From contig NC_043007.1 of assembly GCF_006345805.1 (NCBI RefSeq), forward strand, positions 20,088,001-20,152,000: DNA of 64,000 nucleotides, written 5' to 3'. Of the stretch, positions 39,356 to 51,770 are shown piece after piece; positions within the stretch are counted from its first letter, which is position 1, and the number at the start of each line of letters is the position of its first letter. A program made the position numbers and the translations under genes. This DNA comes from Octopus sinensis (taxonomy: Eukaryota). The notes beneath the pieces are model-generated. The model had not been told where the DNA came from. It did not search any database and worked only from the letters and a program-made list of their open reading frames with translations.

Positions 39356-41262
39356 GAGATGGTAATATTTCATGGTCACAGATGCACGTGATAGCATAAC
39401 ACCCACAACAGAAAGTCTGCTATCTCTTTGTGGGACCAAGAAGTTCAAGTCTTTACTTGTGCCTATATATAGATTCTTGTGGGGTAAGGCTAGTGGCATA
39501 ACAGGCAACGATGACTGGGAGTATACTAAGGATGCAGAGGGGTGACCAGGGCAATCTGTGCATCTTGCCATATTCTGAAGTATGCATCCCACAGGGAGAT
39601 TGCTAAATATCACCTTTCTGTCAATTGAATCTTGGCCCCTGATAGATGGGTTTCTTCTGTGCAATCCAAAGGAAATCAAGTCTTCAAATGTTTAGGATGA
39701 CAAGCCCTTAAAACATTTCAGCAAGAATTCAAGTCTTGTTGGATACCTATTTCTTTACTACCCACAAGGGGCTAAACACAGAGGGGACAAACAAGGACAG
39801 ACAAGTTGGATACCGTTAGCTTAATTAAACTAGCTTGTCAATGCTGTTGCCCAGGAAGTAGTGAAGTTATACGCAGGCAGTTGATGTAACCAAGGGATAG
39901 AGCTGGGAACGTGGTGGGAGACAAGTTGTCCTGAAAAAGAACTGGAGGAACTTCTGCCAAGAGTATAGTCCCTCCCTAACATTCCATCCTGCGTTAATTG
40001 TAACATGGGTTACAATACATGCACACACACACACATGCAAGCATTGAGAAATAGGTGTAAGAATAACGACTACAGAAAAGTGGAATCAAGCAAGTATTGA
40101 ACTGAGATATGGTGAATATTATATCTTTTATCTTTTACTTGTTTTAGTCATTATACTATGGCCATGCTGGAGCACCACCTTAAAGGATTTAGTCAAACAA
40201 ACTGGGTCATCATCATCATCGTTTTTGATGTCCGTTTTCCATGCTGGCATGGGTTGCACAGTTCGACTGGGGTCTGGGTAGCCAAGAGGCTGCACCAGGC
40301 CCCAATCTGATCTGGCAAAGTTCCTACAGCTGGATGCCCCTCCTAACGCCAACCACTCCAAGAGTGTAGTGGGTGCTTTTTTTATGTGCCACCGGCACAG
40401 GGGCCAGAGAAGCTGGCATTGACCATGATCGGATGGTGCTAAGTCTGGTAATTTCTATCAGTCTCTTTTGCCAAACCATTAAGCTACAGGGACATAAATA
40501 AATTAATACCAGTCGTTAAGCTGTGGAGAGAAGGACAAATACAAACACAGTCTCCATCAACCAAATTCACTCACAAGATGAGTGGCTTGTCCAGAGCTAT
40601 AGCAGAAGACATTAGCTGAAGGTGCTACATGGTGGTAACGAACTCAAAACAATATAGTCATGCCTGTTCCTATTCTGAGACCCCCTTCGGTCATGACACG
40701 GAACATGGGATTGCTCCTAGAAAGTTACCCTCCCAGGCACAAGTCCGGGCAAGGTCGTTTATGGAAAACCAGCAGTCGCCCATGCATACCAGCCTCTCCT
40801 CTCCATGCCACCAGTGTTATCCAAGGGAAAGGCAAAGGCAAAGACTGATACAGCTTGGCACCAGTGATGTCGCAACTTATTTCTACAACTGAGTGAACTG
40901 GAGCAACATGAAATAAAGTGTCTTGCTCAAGCGCACAACACACAGCCTGGTCCAGGATTCAAGCTCACAACCTCACGATTGTAAGCTCGACGCTCTAACC
41001 ACTGAGCCATGCACCTGTTCCTATATTTTAGTAAATTTGAAAGAATGTCTAATAAAATATAATCAAAATACAATAATTATATTGAAATAACAGCACACTA
41101 TTCACTGTAAACAGTGCAGAAAATGTGTAAAGAAAAATCTTGTCTAAAATTTTTTTAAATCTATTTAATATAAACCATGATGAAAGTAAACGAAAGGTAT
41201 TTTTAATAAAAATTAATTTCTATTCCCAATATGTGTCCTATTGTTTAGTTACTAAACTTTGT

Positions 41263-41296
<34 letters not shown>

Positions 41297-44189
41297 CAGC
41301 AACAGTAGCATAGTTTCTGTGTCTTCTTTCACCACATCCACTACGTGCTTGTATGACACTACCAAGTGAGAGGTGTTGATAGCTCAGCTCAACTCTTAAT
41401 TGTCAGTAAACACATGGTAAGGTGTAATATAGCTGAGTTGAAAAACTTCAATCAGCTGTGAGTATCCCTGCAATTAGTAGTCCAAAAATTCTCTTTCTCT
41501 CTCTCTCTTTCATCATCATTATCACCACCACCACCACCATCATCATTATCATAATTAATGTCCATGTTCCATGACAAACAGGGGCACAGGGGCTGCCTTA
41601 TGCTTTAACCCTTTCGATACCAACCCGGCTGAAACCACCTCTGGCTCTGTAGTACAAATGTCTTGCTTTCAGAAGTTTTGAATTAAAATCTTCCACTAAA
41701 CCTTAGTCACAATTTATGTTCCTAACACTAGCTTAATGATAACTAAGTTATTTTACTAAATTCATCATCATCATCATCATCATCATTTAACGTCTGCTTT
41801 CCATGCTAGCATGGGTTGAAGGGTTCAACTGGGGTCTGGGAAGCCAGAAGGCTGCACCAGGCTCCAGTCTGATCTGGCAGTGTTTCTACAGCTGGATGCC
41901 CTTCCTAACGCCAACCACTCCGTGAGTGTAGGGGATGCTTTTTATGTACCACCGGCACAGGTGCCAGGCGAGGCTGGCAACGGCCACGCTTGGTTGGTGC
42001 TTTTTACATGCCACCAGCACGGAAACCAGTCGAGGCAGCGCTGGCAACGGCCACGTTCGGATGGTGCTTTTAACGTGCCACCGGCACTAAATTTATTAAA
42101 TTAATTTTTATGATACTATGTGTTTGTATTTGTCAATTCTCTCCACTGCTTAATGACTGGTATTAATTTATTTATGTCCCTGTAGCTTAATAGTTTGGCA
42201 AAAGAGACTGACAGAAATTACCAGACTTAGCACCATCCGATTTCTAATATTAAAGAATAGTTGTCACAATATTTTGAACATAAGAAAATAACACTTTTCT
42301 GTCATTTTAATTAAACAGTTTGGAGCTAATAAGAGAAATGTCCATTGTGAGATATAAGGTCTGAATATAAATTTTGTTGTTTTTTCCCATGTTCTAGTGA
42401 AATAAAAATTCATATAAAAGAAAATTAATGGTTAATTTTTTAAAATGTTCATCATAGGTTAATCATAAAAATAAAGTAGTTTTGTTTTTCTTTTGTTCTT
42501 CCAAATTTGAAACATTGCTTGGATGTTCTAAAAAGTATCATAGAAACTATGAACATTGATAGAAAAATTATTTTAAGTATAAAATTGAGAAAGGAAAACA
42601 TTGTATATAGGGACTGCAGAACTGCAGCACCCCCTATTTCTACTCAATATTGTCAACAACATTCAATATAATGAGTCCTTTTTGCTTTAATTCTTTCTTT
42701 ATACTTGTACATTATATAATCCTTAATGTCAGTAGCCATCCCCTAGTTTATGAAAAAAATACAAAAATCCATGTATAGAACTGTGTGCTTCATAGTTCCA
42801 GCGATGCGGTGTTTGGCTGCTGTCCACATGCTCACATGTCCGAGATAGGAAGCTTCATGCTAGGGAGAGAGAGCACTGCATGAACAACAGTGCTGACCCT
42901 GGTGTGCTGGTGAAAGGTAGTGTTTCTTTTGGAATCTGCGTGTGTTTTTAAACATGTTTATATTCTTGAAAGTGATAAAGTGTAGAATTAGACTATTATC
43001 TGGCTTCCAGCTTCAGTGTTACTGCCAGGATTTGAAAACTAGGGCGGATTTCCTCCCCCCCTTATTTTGTGATTTAGTGGGAACTTTTGAAAAACAATGG
43101 GGAATTTGTGGTGGTGTCCAGTAAACACACTACCCAGCAGTGGCTAAAACGCAAACCAATCAAGTTCATGTATAAATATTTTGGCTGGATGAGGTTGGTT
43201 TAAATGCTAAAAGGTTAAAGAAAGAAGATACCACACGGTTGGGAAGTGAATTTCTTAACCACACACCCGTGCTGGTGACACATAAAAAGCACCGTCCGAA
43301 CGTGGCAGATGCCAGCGCCGCCTGACTGGCGTCCGTGTCGGTGACACATAAAAGCACCAACCGATCGTGGCCGTTTGCCAGCCTGCTCTGGCCTGTAAAA
43401 AACACCCACTACACTCACGGAGTGGTTGGCGTTAGGAAGGGCATCCAGCTGTAGAAACTCTGCCAAATCAGACTGGAGCCTGGTGCAACCTCCATGGCTT
43501 ACCAGACCCTAGTTGAACCATCCAACCCATGCTAGCATGGAAAACGGATGTTAAATGATGATGATGACAGCCATGCCTATGCCTATAGCCAGTAGCAAAA
43601 AAGGGATTTACATGCCAAGCCAATAAGGGGCTGGGACCTGCCAAACAGTCAGTCTATTCTGCTAGAAATATCAGATGTGTTAAAGAGAAGAATGGAAGAA
43701 TTAGTTTGAATTGGGAAGAGTTAGAATTAAGGACAACACTAATTACAATGGTCAGTGGTTAATATTTAAGTTGGGATAGAAATTTGAGTGAAGGGGGTTT
43801 TAGGGATGTGACTGGAGATGTAGTAGGAATCTGAGAGGAGTAATAAATTAAAGTTGGGTCGGTTGTGTATGTGTGAGAGAGGTGAGCTAATACTATCGAT
43901 CTTTTTTTTATCTTGATTTGGAGACAAAGGTGGCAATTTATCTTTACATACCCACTTCCAACATCTACACACTCACTCAGGGAATTATGTACACACAAGT
44001 AGATACTCATGCACTCATATATATATGCAGTCACATTCACCCTCACAGACAACTATATTTCATCATCCTATAATGTCTATTTTGGGTAGGACAGTTCTAC
44101 AGAATTCAACAGGTTGAGGGACCAAATCTTGCTCCAATGTCTCATTTTTGGCATGGTTTCTACAGTTGAATGCTCTATATATATATATA

Positions 44190-44380
44190 ATTTTTTTTTT
44201 CCCTCCGTCTTCCCTTCTCTGGATCTTTCCTTTTCTTATGTTTCTGACGAAACGTTAAACCCTCCTTCTTCCCTTCCTTCCTGAGGGTCCAATAATACTA
44301 TATTTGTTCCACGTCCTCGCGTTGTTGTGTTTTCTCTTTGTTTTCATGTTTGGATTAACTATATATATATATCTATATAG
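44190..44380 (+). mobile_element. Probable Penelope-like pLTR fragment with stem-II-deleted hammerhead, in (TA)n
   Basis: GTTT-CTGACGA-AACGTT-AAAC at 44240-44260; (TA)n on both sides. Confidence 0.5.
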
Positions 44381-44486
44381 TGCCCTATATTTGGATAACT
44401 ATATATATATATATATATATATAATGCCCTATATATATTATATATATATATAATGCCCTATATATATATATATATATATATAGGGC

Positions 44487-44545
<59 letters not shown>

Positions 44546-45420
44546 TTCAACTGTAGAAACCATGCCAAAACACTGTAGCTGTAACCTTTCTAATGCGGAA
44601 AAGTGGTGACTCAACCAGGAGTGGCTCGCTGATCTCCGAGTTATGCACTCGCTTACTCGCGCATCCGCGCCAGCTAGTCATGACTAATCGATCCTTGCTT
44701 TGTGTTTTTGAGTGTTATTTACTTTGTTTAACAAAAATTATTTATTTTGTGTAAAAAAATTATATATTTTGTGTTGTATTTACTTTACTAGATAGTCGTT
44801 GTAGGATCGACTAGTCACGACTAGCTTGCGCGACTACGTTCTCAAGTAGAACCAATTTTACTCACATTATTGCCACTTTCGAGTCAGAAATGTAGTGAAC
44901 CAAGTAGTACCAGTTTGGTAGCGAACAGTGGTCCCGGTGCGCGCACTCGCGTAGTCGCGCATCTGTCGCTAGCTAGTCATGACTAGTCGATCCTTACTTT
45001 GTGTATTTGTGTTTTATTTACTTTGTTTAAAAAATTATTTACTTTGTGTTTTTGTGTTTTATTTTGTTTATTTTGTGTTATATTTACTTTGCTAAGGTAG
45101 TCGTTGTAGGATCGACTAGTCACGACTAGCTAGCGCGGATGCGCAACTACGCCAGTGCGCGCACCGGGACCACTGTTCTCAAGTAGTACCAGAAATTAGA
45201 ATGACATGTAAACTGAACGGCTACAACAGGCGGGACAGAAACTAATGAAATATGAAAGTAAATTAATATTGCCTGAATGACATTAGGCGAAGAATGTAAA
45301 CAGCGCTGAGAAAAGCGGTGTTTCATGAACTAAGTTCCTTGAGATATTTGTTCTGTGTCAAGTAATATACGCATTATTGCCACTCTCGGGTCAGAAATGT
45401 AGTGAACCAGAGATTAGTTT

Positions 45421-45779
45421 GGTACTACTTGAGAACAGTGGCCCCGGTGCGCGCACTCGCGTAGTCGCTAGCTAGTCGTGACTAGTCGATCCTTACCTTG
45501 TGTTTTTGTGTTATTTAGTGGTCCCGGTGCGCGCACTCGCGTAGTCGCGCATCCGTCGCTAGCTAGTCGTGACTAGTCGATTCTTACTTTGTGCTTTTGC
45601 GTGTTATTTACTTTGTTTAACAAAAATTATTTACTTTGTGTAAAAAAAAATTATTTATATCCCTTTTTTTAATTTACTTTGCTAGGTAGTCGTTGTAGGA
45701 TCGACTAGTCACTACTACCTAGCGCGGATGCGCAACTACGCCAGTGCGCGCAACGGGACCACTGTTCTCAAGTGGTACC
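45421..45779. mobile_element. Same MITE family, 9-bp TSD
   Basis: TSD GATTAGTTT / GATTAGCTT. Sister copies at ~44620-44850 and ~44915-45190. Confidence 0.85.
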
Positions 45780-46718
45780 GATTAGCTTTGTGGAAACTTC
45801 TAACTAACAACGCTATTGTTCACCAATTACGATGTAAAACACACACATACGCTTTTACTAATTAAGAAAAATAAATAAAGAATTGAGAGTAGTGTATTTG
45901 ATGGCATAAACGATGCATCTCAATTTCAACAAGAAAAATTTTTTTAGTGCCTAAAAGCATGTAATAAGGCTCGACCTTGCATATTGGATCCGCTGTGGAT
46001 TCTTGAGATAATTTTTTTGTAAAAAAAAGTATATCTTATATGCCATCAAATAAGCTATTTTAAAAACAATTAATGTAATAGTAGATTTGACAGACAATAA
46101 AGGTATTGACTAATTACAAAATTTGATAGGCATCTGAAGTATTGAATGTTAATTAAATGAAAGATGTTAATGATTCTAATAGATTATTTTTGCAGTAATA
46201 GTTTATTTAGTAATTAAAAACATTTTGGGATCTTGTTTCAAACTATAGAATTTTCTCAATAAAGCCAAGAGAAAAAGATGTTTTATAAACACATTCTACC
46301 AGTATACGAAGTTAAAATTTTTTAGTTACTTAGAAATTATGTTAAAAACTGCCGTTCAAACCGAAAAGATGCACATTTTGTATATAAAATAATTTTTTTT
46401 TTAATTATTCAAATGTCAAAGACAATTGTAAGTTATATATAAACAAAACTGAAAACACCATCGATTTAAGACTAAGTATAGTATTTAATAGGACGAAAGG
46501 AAAAGCTGGTCCCAAGAGTTTTCTTCTTTCTTTTTATTCAGGGCGTAAAGTAAAAAGTCTACGTAGGGTTTTTGAACCCAGACAATAAGGAATCGCTGGA
46601 TATCGTAAGGCTGTACAGATAATGCCGAGGAAGTCCACTGGCTTATAAGATGCACATCAATTCTGGCAAGCCATTTCTTGAATCACCAATTGTACCTATG
46701 TGATTTGAGTAAATGTGC

Positions 46719-46968
46719 TGGCATTCTTTCGATATAACTCGACAAAAGTCAAAACATTTCGACTTCGGGTATTTCTGTGGAAGCAAATGACAGTTCGATC
46801 CTGTTTTCTGCTTGGAAATTTGCGGATTTTACATACACACATGAAATATGCAAGGATTTTTTGTCTTCAAGTTTAAAACGAGACATTGCTATATCTATAC
46901 TCCACAACCCACGGAAATACCCGAAGTGAACTGTTTTAGTTTTGTCGAGTTATATCGAAGGAATGCCA
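46719..46968. mobile_element. MITE, TG...CA ends, ~62-bp TIRs, 6-bp TSD
   Basis: TSD ATGTGC at 46713-46718 and 46969-46974. Confidence 0.8.
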
Positions 46969-47703
46969 ATGTGCCTTATAAACCGTCAAGCACGGGTAAA
47001 TAGAAACAGTTTGGGTTATGTGTGTTGTACTTGCGTGTTTGTTATCTCTCAGAACCGAGTTCGAATCGTAGGACACCTTCAAATATGTATTTCTTAGTAA
47101 TTTAGTAACAGTAATATTTGGAGGTATTCTTTCGGAATACCTCTTTGGACTTGCTGTCATCTACTATTACAAATATTGGCTTCTGTTGATTAAAAATAAA
47201 AATACCAGCGGAGTACATTCGATGATGACTGATGGTGGTAGATGTATAATAAGCCAGATGAGAACCATGAACATAGACGTCCTTCAGTTTATAACTGGTA
47301 CTTATTTTAATGACCTCAATGAGTAGAGGGGCAACGGAAAATAATTTAAGGTACTTAACCTAGTCTCATTTTCACAAATGTCAAATGTACCTTTAACCCA
47401 AACTAGTTGTGGATGCCGTCTGTATCTCACAAATATACGCAAATATTTAAAGTTTATTGTCGAGTTATCGTTATTACCTAAATGTAAATTAGCTTTGAAG
47501 TTATTAAATGAACACTTTTGCGTTAGGGGGTGGTGGTTTATCGATACATTTTGTAATTAATAAATCAAATATTCTACCACTCCGCTCGATGCCAAATAAT
47601 GAAGAAAACTTTTAAAACATATTTGTAAATGGCATCTATTGGCCCTTTGGTAGCTAAAAGAATCACGATCGGTGTTTAAAGGAGAAAATAAACGTTTACT
47701 TAC

Positions 47704-48417
47704 ATCATATCTCTGGTGGAACAGATATAGCATAGAGAAAGGTATGCAAGTGCCAACCATCGCATGTGTCGAAGGCATTCCGTACTCCAATTCATATCGA
47801 GCTTCCAACTTGATGACTGGGGGTGAAATGGGACGCGGTCTCTTTACGATGTCTTTAGTTGCTTGGCCTAAGTAAAGAGTAATCCACCACATAACCACAA
47901 CTTTCCGAGAGACGAAAAAATCTAAGTTCCACAAAATGAAAGGGAAGAAAGTAGTGTAAAACAATTCGTCGCCCAAGGCAGCTCCAAAACTAAAAAGATA
48001 GTAGAGAGATTTGTATTGTATTTTGTAAGGGAGTTCGTTTTTTTTCCCATCTGGGTTAGAAGTTGTGTTTTTAATGGGCTGGCCACCGTTCTGTAAGTTC
48101 ACTTGGTCCGCTGCTGCATCGGTTTCCGTAACCCCCGATGGTTTTGGTGCTTTTACATTGCGACGGATACATTTATCACTACTTTCATCTTCATCTGGAA
48201 CCTTTGCCCCGTTCTGGTCGTAATGACAAACCTTCCAGGGGTCATCTTCATCGCGAAAGACTATTGAAGAATTTTTTAATCCCGATTGAGAATACATGTT
48301 GCTGGACGGCGCCGATCTTGCAGAATTTTCGTTGTAAGACAATCCACAAAAACGCTGAAATCGTGCAACTAAATATGGGTCATCGAGATATAAAACAATA
48401 CTTTGCAACATATCCAT
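47704..48417 (-). CDS. SGPP1: Sphingosine-1-phosphate phosphatase, coding exon 1 (238 codons)
   Basis: ATG in strong context (AAATAATGG). N-terminal L.DP.LVARFQ.FCG segment, PAP2 motif C1 KDIVKRPRP and C2 YGMPSTHA. The exon ends ...HQRYD at a GT-AAGT donor (phase 0); the remaining 48 aa of the supplied ORF are intron read-through. SGPP1 versus SGPP2 orthology is not resolved. Confidence 0.95.
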
Positions 48418-48760
48418 TATTTACAAAATCACCGCTCCTTCAAAAACTCTTTGATGTAAAGATAATGCTATCTTTACAGAAACTTTCGACCATTAACACT
48501 AATCAATGCTTTAAGATTGTTGTATAACAGATATTAAACACTTGTCGCATTCTAGACACAGGCCGAGGTCAAAGCTGAAATATCTGTAGTTGTGTAAACC
48601 TGTGAGTTAATGTTGTTCAACGGAGAGATCCGACTTGAAAAGTTTGCTTGAAAGTTGAATTGCGACCAATTATTACACACCCAACGTGTTTTTACTTGTT
48701 AAAAACTGTTAGTGATCAAACGGCTAAACAGTTTATATATATATACATCAGGAAATGTCA
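48418..48760 (-). promoter_or_regulatory. SGPP 5' UTR / proximal promoter region
   Basis: Unique, SINE-free, CpG-retaining sequence directly upstream of the ATG. TSS not determinable from sequence. Confidence 0.4.
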
Positions 48761-49255
48761 AGAGAAGACGGATCGATTTATGTTCGTTGCTAGAGCAGGT
48801 GTTGTGAGCTAGTAGACTGATTTTTCATGCTTGATGAAGTAGGCCGTTGTGAGGAGGCCAGACCCAGCTGAGTACACATGACATAGAGCCATGATGCTGT
48901 CGCTTTGCTAGTGACGAGCAGACTGGATTTACGGTGTAACCTATTAAAAGTATCCTCTCTTCAGAATACACCTACTCTGCCTAGACTTTAATCTGATGAG
49001 ATTAATCCTTTGTTTATTGCGAGTCCTATTTGTATCGTTGACGAGATACTACCAAATGTTTAAATATCATCATTCTTAGTACATAGTCCAGAATATTTAT
49101 GAATGTTAATTAAAAAAAAAATAACACACGCACATACACACACAACTTAGAAATTTAGGAGATATGAAAAAAAAAATTTAATAAAAGTATTACTATTATT
49201 GTAGTTCTTTTTTTTTTTTGCAACGGTGGATCTTGAAGTAGATAAAGCTATAAAT

Positions 49256-49442
49256 GGCGTAACTTCGGTATAGGTACCGGAAGTACCGGATACATTTCAA
49301 GAAAGTGGGGTTTATATATATATATATATATGGGAGGTTAGGGTTTGTGTTAGGGTTAGGGTTAGGGGTGGGAGAAAAGGGTTTCTGTTACCTTCAGAAA
49401 TGTAAATAAAGCCACTTACGGTACCTATACCGAAGGATCGCC
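49256..49442. mobile_element. MITE with GGCG...CGCC ends, 8-bp TSD and internal TTAGGG repeats (Merlin-like)
   Basis: TSD CTATAAAT on both sides; subterminal TTCGGTATAGGTACCG inverted repeat. Second copy at 38437-38602. Confidence 0.8.
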
Positions 49443-50566
49443 CTATAAATAATAGCATGTAAATAATGGGTCAAAAACCCCTCTTTATAGAAAAGTCGAA
49501 GGCTGTCCATGGAATACGAACCCACATCTGTAAACACAACAGGCGTTATTAGTATTTTTCAGTATTATGTACAACGTTTAGTATTGGGTTTTGTATTTTC
49601 TCTTATATTGAAATTACTCTACAAAATATGAGTGCAACTCCTAGTCGTGCGATTTTCTGTATGTCGTGATTGTGCCGGACCCGGGATTTTGATTATGTAT
49701 ATGTATGTGTCATTGTTTTTCGTTTCGTTTAACGTCCGCTTTCCATGCTAGCATGGGTTGGACGAATGACTGAGGGCTGGCGAGCCAGATCGCTGCACCG
49801 GGCTTCTATCTTGATCTGGCAGAGTTTCTACAGCTGGATCCCCTTCTTAACGCCAACCACTCCGAGAGTGTAGTGGGCGCCAGTCAGGCGGTACTGGCAA
49901 CGAAAAATAATTTCTAAGGGACCTATAATTACAAGGCGTGTTTCTGTTTTCAGGCACAACTCTTCACATCCTTCTTCAACAACTACAAAGTATACACATC
50001 TCCAAGATAACTCAGATTGGAAGATGGAGTTGTGTGTTGTTTTGGAAAAGTCTAGATCTCACAAGGTGAAGCATTTCCCAGGACTCAAAGCTGAATCAGT
50101 AGTGTTGTGTGTGACCACCAGGGAGAGCCACTGCCCCTGTTTGGACAGAGACAACTGGATTTCTTAAGATATCTAGAGTTTTTTTTTCTTTCTGGGAACA
50201 GCCTGCTTGTGGGAGATTAGACTGTGTGAGACTAGCTAAGGGGAGAAAGAAAGAAATGTAAAGGGTTTCACAAACCTACTCAGACGTTTCCAGTTGTCTG
50301 ACATGTATCAGCTTGTTTTGAATGTTCTAATGTGGACATGAACAAGTTTCATTAGGTCCTCCCAATGATCTTGGGTGTCAGAGACACAATCATCATCATC
50401 ATCATCGTCATCATCACCATCATCATCATATGATATCTGTTTTCCAAGCTGGCATGGGTGGGACAGCTTGACTGCTGCTGGACAGTCCGAGGGCTGCACC
50501 AGGCTCCAGTTGTCTGTTGTGGTATGGTTTCTACTGCTGGATGCCCTTCCTAATGCCAATAGAGTG

Positions 50567-50842
50567 TGTGGGATGACGTCAGCAGCTGAGGAGCTGACCG
50601 GAACTTGGGGCTGACCGGAAGGGGCAGCAGTGACGTGCGTGCAGGCAGGGCAGGATTCTTCTTTTCGATCGAGGTAACCGAAGGAGTTAGACGCGTGAGC
50701 ACGTTGTTAAGGTAGGGGAGAAGCAGCTGCTATTTCTAGTGTTCGGGTCGGGCTGCGTTGAAGGGTCAATTACCGCTGAGAGGTCTCCGTTGAGCGAAGA
50801 GAAGGTAGGTGTCCTTATTTCGAATCTCTCGCATACACCACA
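50567..50842. mobile_element. Solo-LTR candidate (276 bp)
   Basis: TGTGG...CCACA ends; GC/CpG-rich island with TGACGTCA. TSD imperfect. Confidence 0.4.
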
Positions 50843-51349
50843 GAAGTGAGGGCTAGTTGCATGAAGGGTAGATCACTTTGTTTGGATGGTCTGTCCTACA
50901 AGTTTTATATTTATATACCACACATGGCGACCCCTTGGTAGATACCTACAGTAATTGACTTCACAACAGGAGAATCCTCATTTCTATGAGCTGAAGAGTT
51001 GTAATGTTGCTGAGAAAGGGTCCAAACAAGGGGCACACATTGATACTTTTTAACCTGTGCCTCTGCAAAATACAAGTTTCAAGACTTTGGCCTCTTCTTC
51101 TTCTTCTTCTTCTTCTTCTTAATCTTCCTCCTCCTCCTCCTCCTCGGGAGTGATTCTTGAAAAACAAGGGGGAATTCATGGCAGTGTTCAGTGAACAAAT
51201 TAAACACACTACATGACAGTGGCTAAAAAGTGAACTGATCAAGTTTATGTATAAATTTTCTTTTTATATATTTGTTTCCTTTTACCCAATATTAAAACAA
51301 CAGCTAAAAATTTTCTGAAGTAGCACCCCCTTGGCTGTGTGGTAAGTAT

Positions 51350-51770
51350 AGGCATAGGAGTGGCTGGGTGGTAAGTAGCTTGCTTATGAACTACATGGTT
51401 CCGGGTTCAGTCCCACTGCATGGCACCTTGGGCAAGTGTCTTCTACTATAGCCTCGGGCCGACCAAAGCCTTGTGAGTGGATTTGGTAGACAGAAACTGA
51501 AAGAAGCCCATCGTATATATGTATATATCTATATATATGTATATATGTATGTGTATGTGTATATGTTTGTGTGTCTGTGTTTGTGCCCCCAACATCGCTT
51601 GACAACCGATGCTGGTGTGTTTACGTCCCCGTAACTTAGCAGTTCGGCAAAAGAGACTGATAAAATAAGTACTAGGCTTACAAAGAATAACTCCTGGGAT
51701 CGATTTGCTTGACTAAAGGAGGTGCTCCAGCATGGCCACAGTCAAATGACTGAAACAAATAAAATAGTAA
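51350..51770 (+). mobile_element. SINE family A
   Basis: Aligns with 333-735. More diverged or partial copies at ~3530-3668(-), 8975-9212(-), 10125-10490(+), 13460-13660(-), 22300-22710(+), 29290-29645(-), 30140-30410(+), 51975-52150(+), 54745-54985(-), 59640-60080(-). Confidence 0.85.

Noticed and set aside
39284-39679. 131-aa minus-strand ORF as a gene
   Set aside because: Runs into the ribozyme SINE. At most a faint DSIDRK RT-like relic; not supportable as a CDS.
47557-47703. C-terminal 48 aa of the 286-aa ORF
   Set aside because: Read-through past the GTAAGT donor; homology continues in exon 2 instead.
49002-49012. CTGATGA followed by GATTAATC as a hammerhead
   Set aside because: No GAAA or stem I/III partner downstream.
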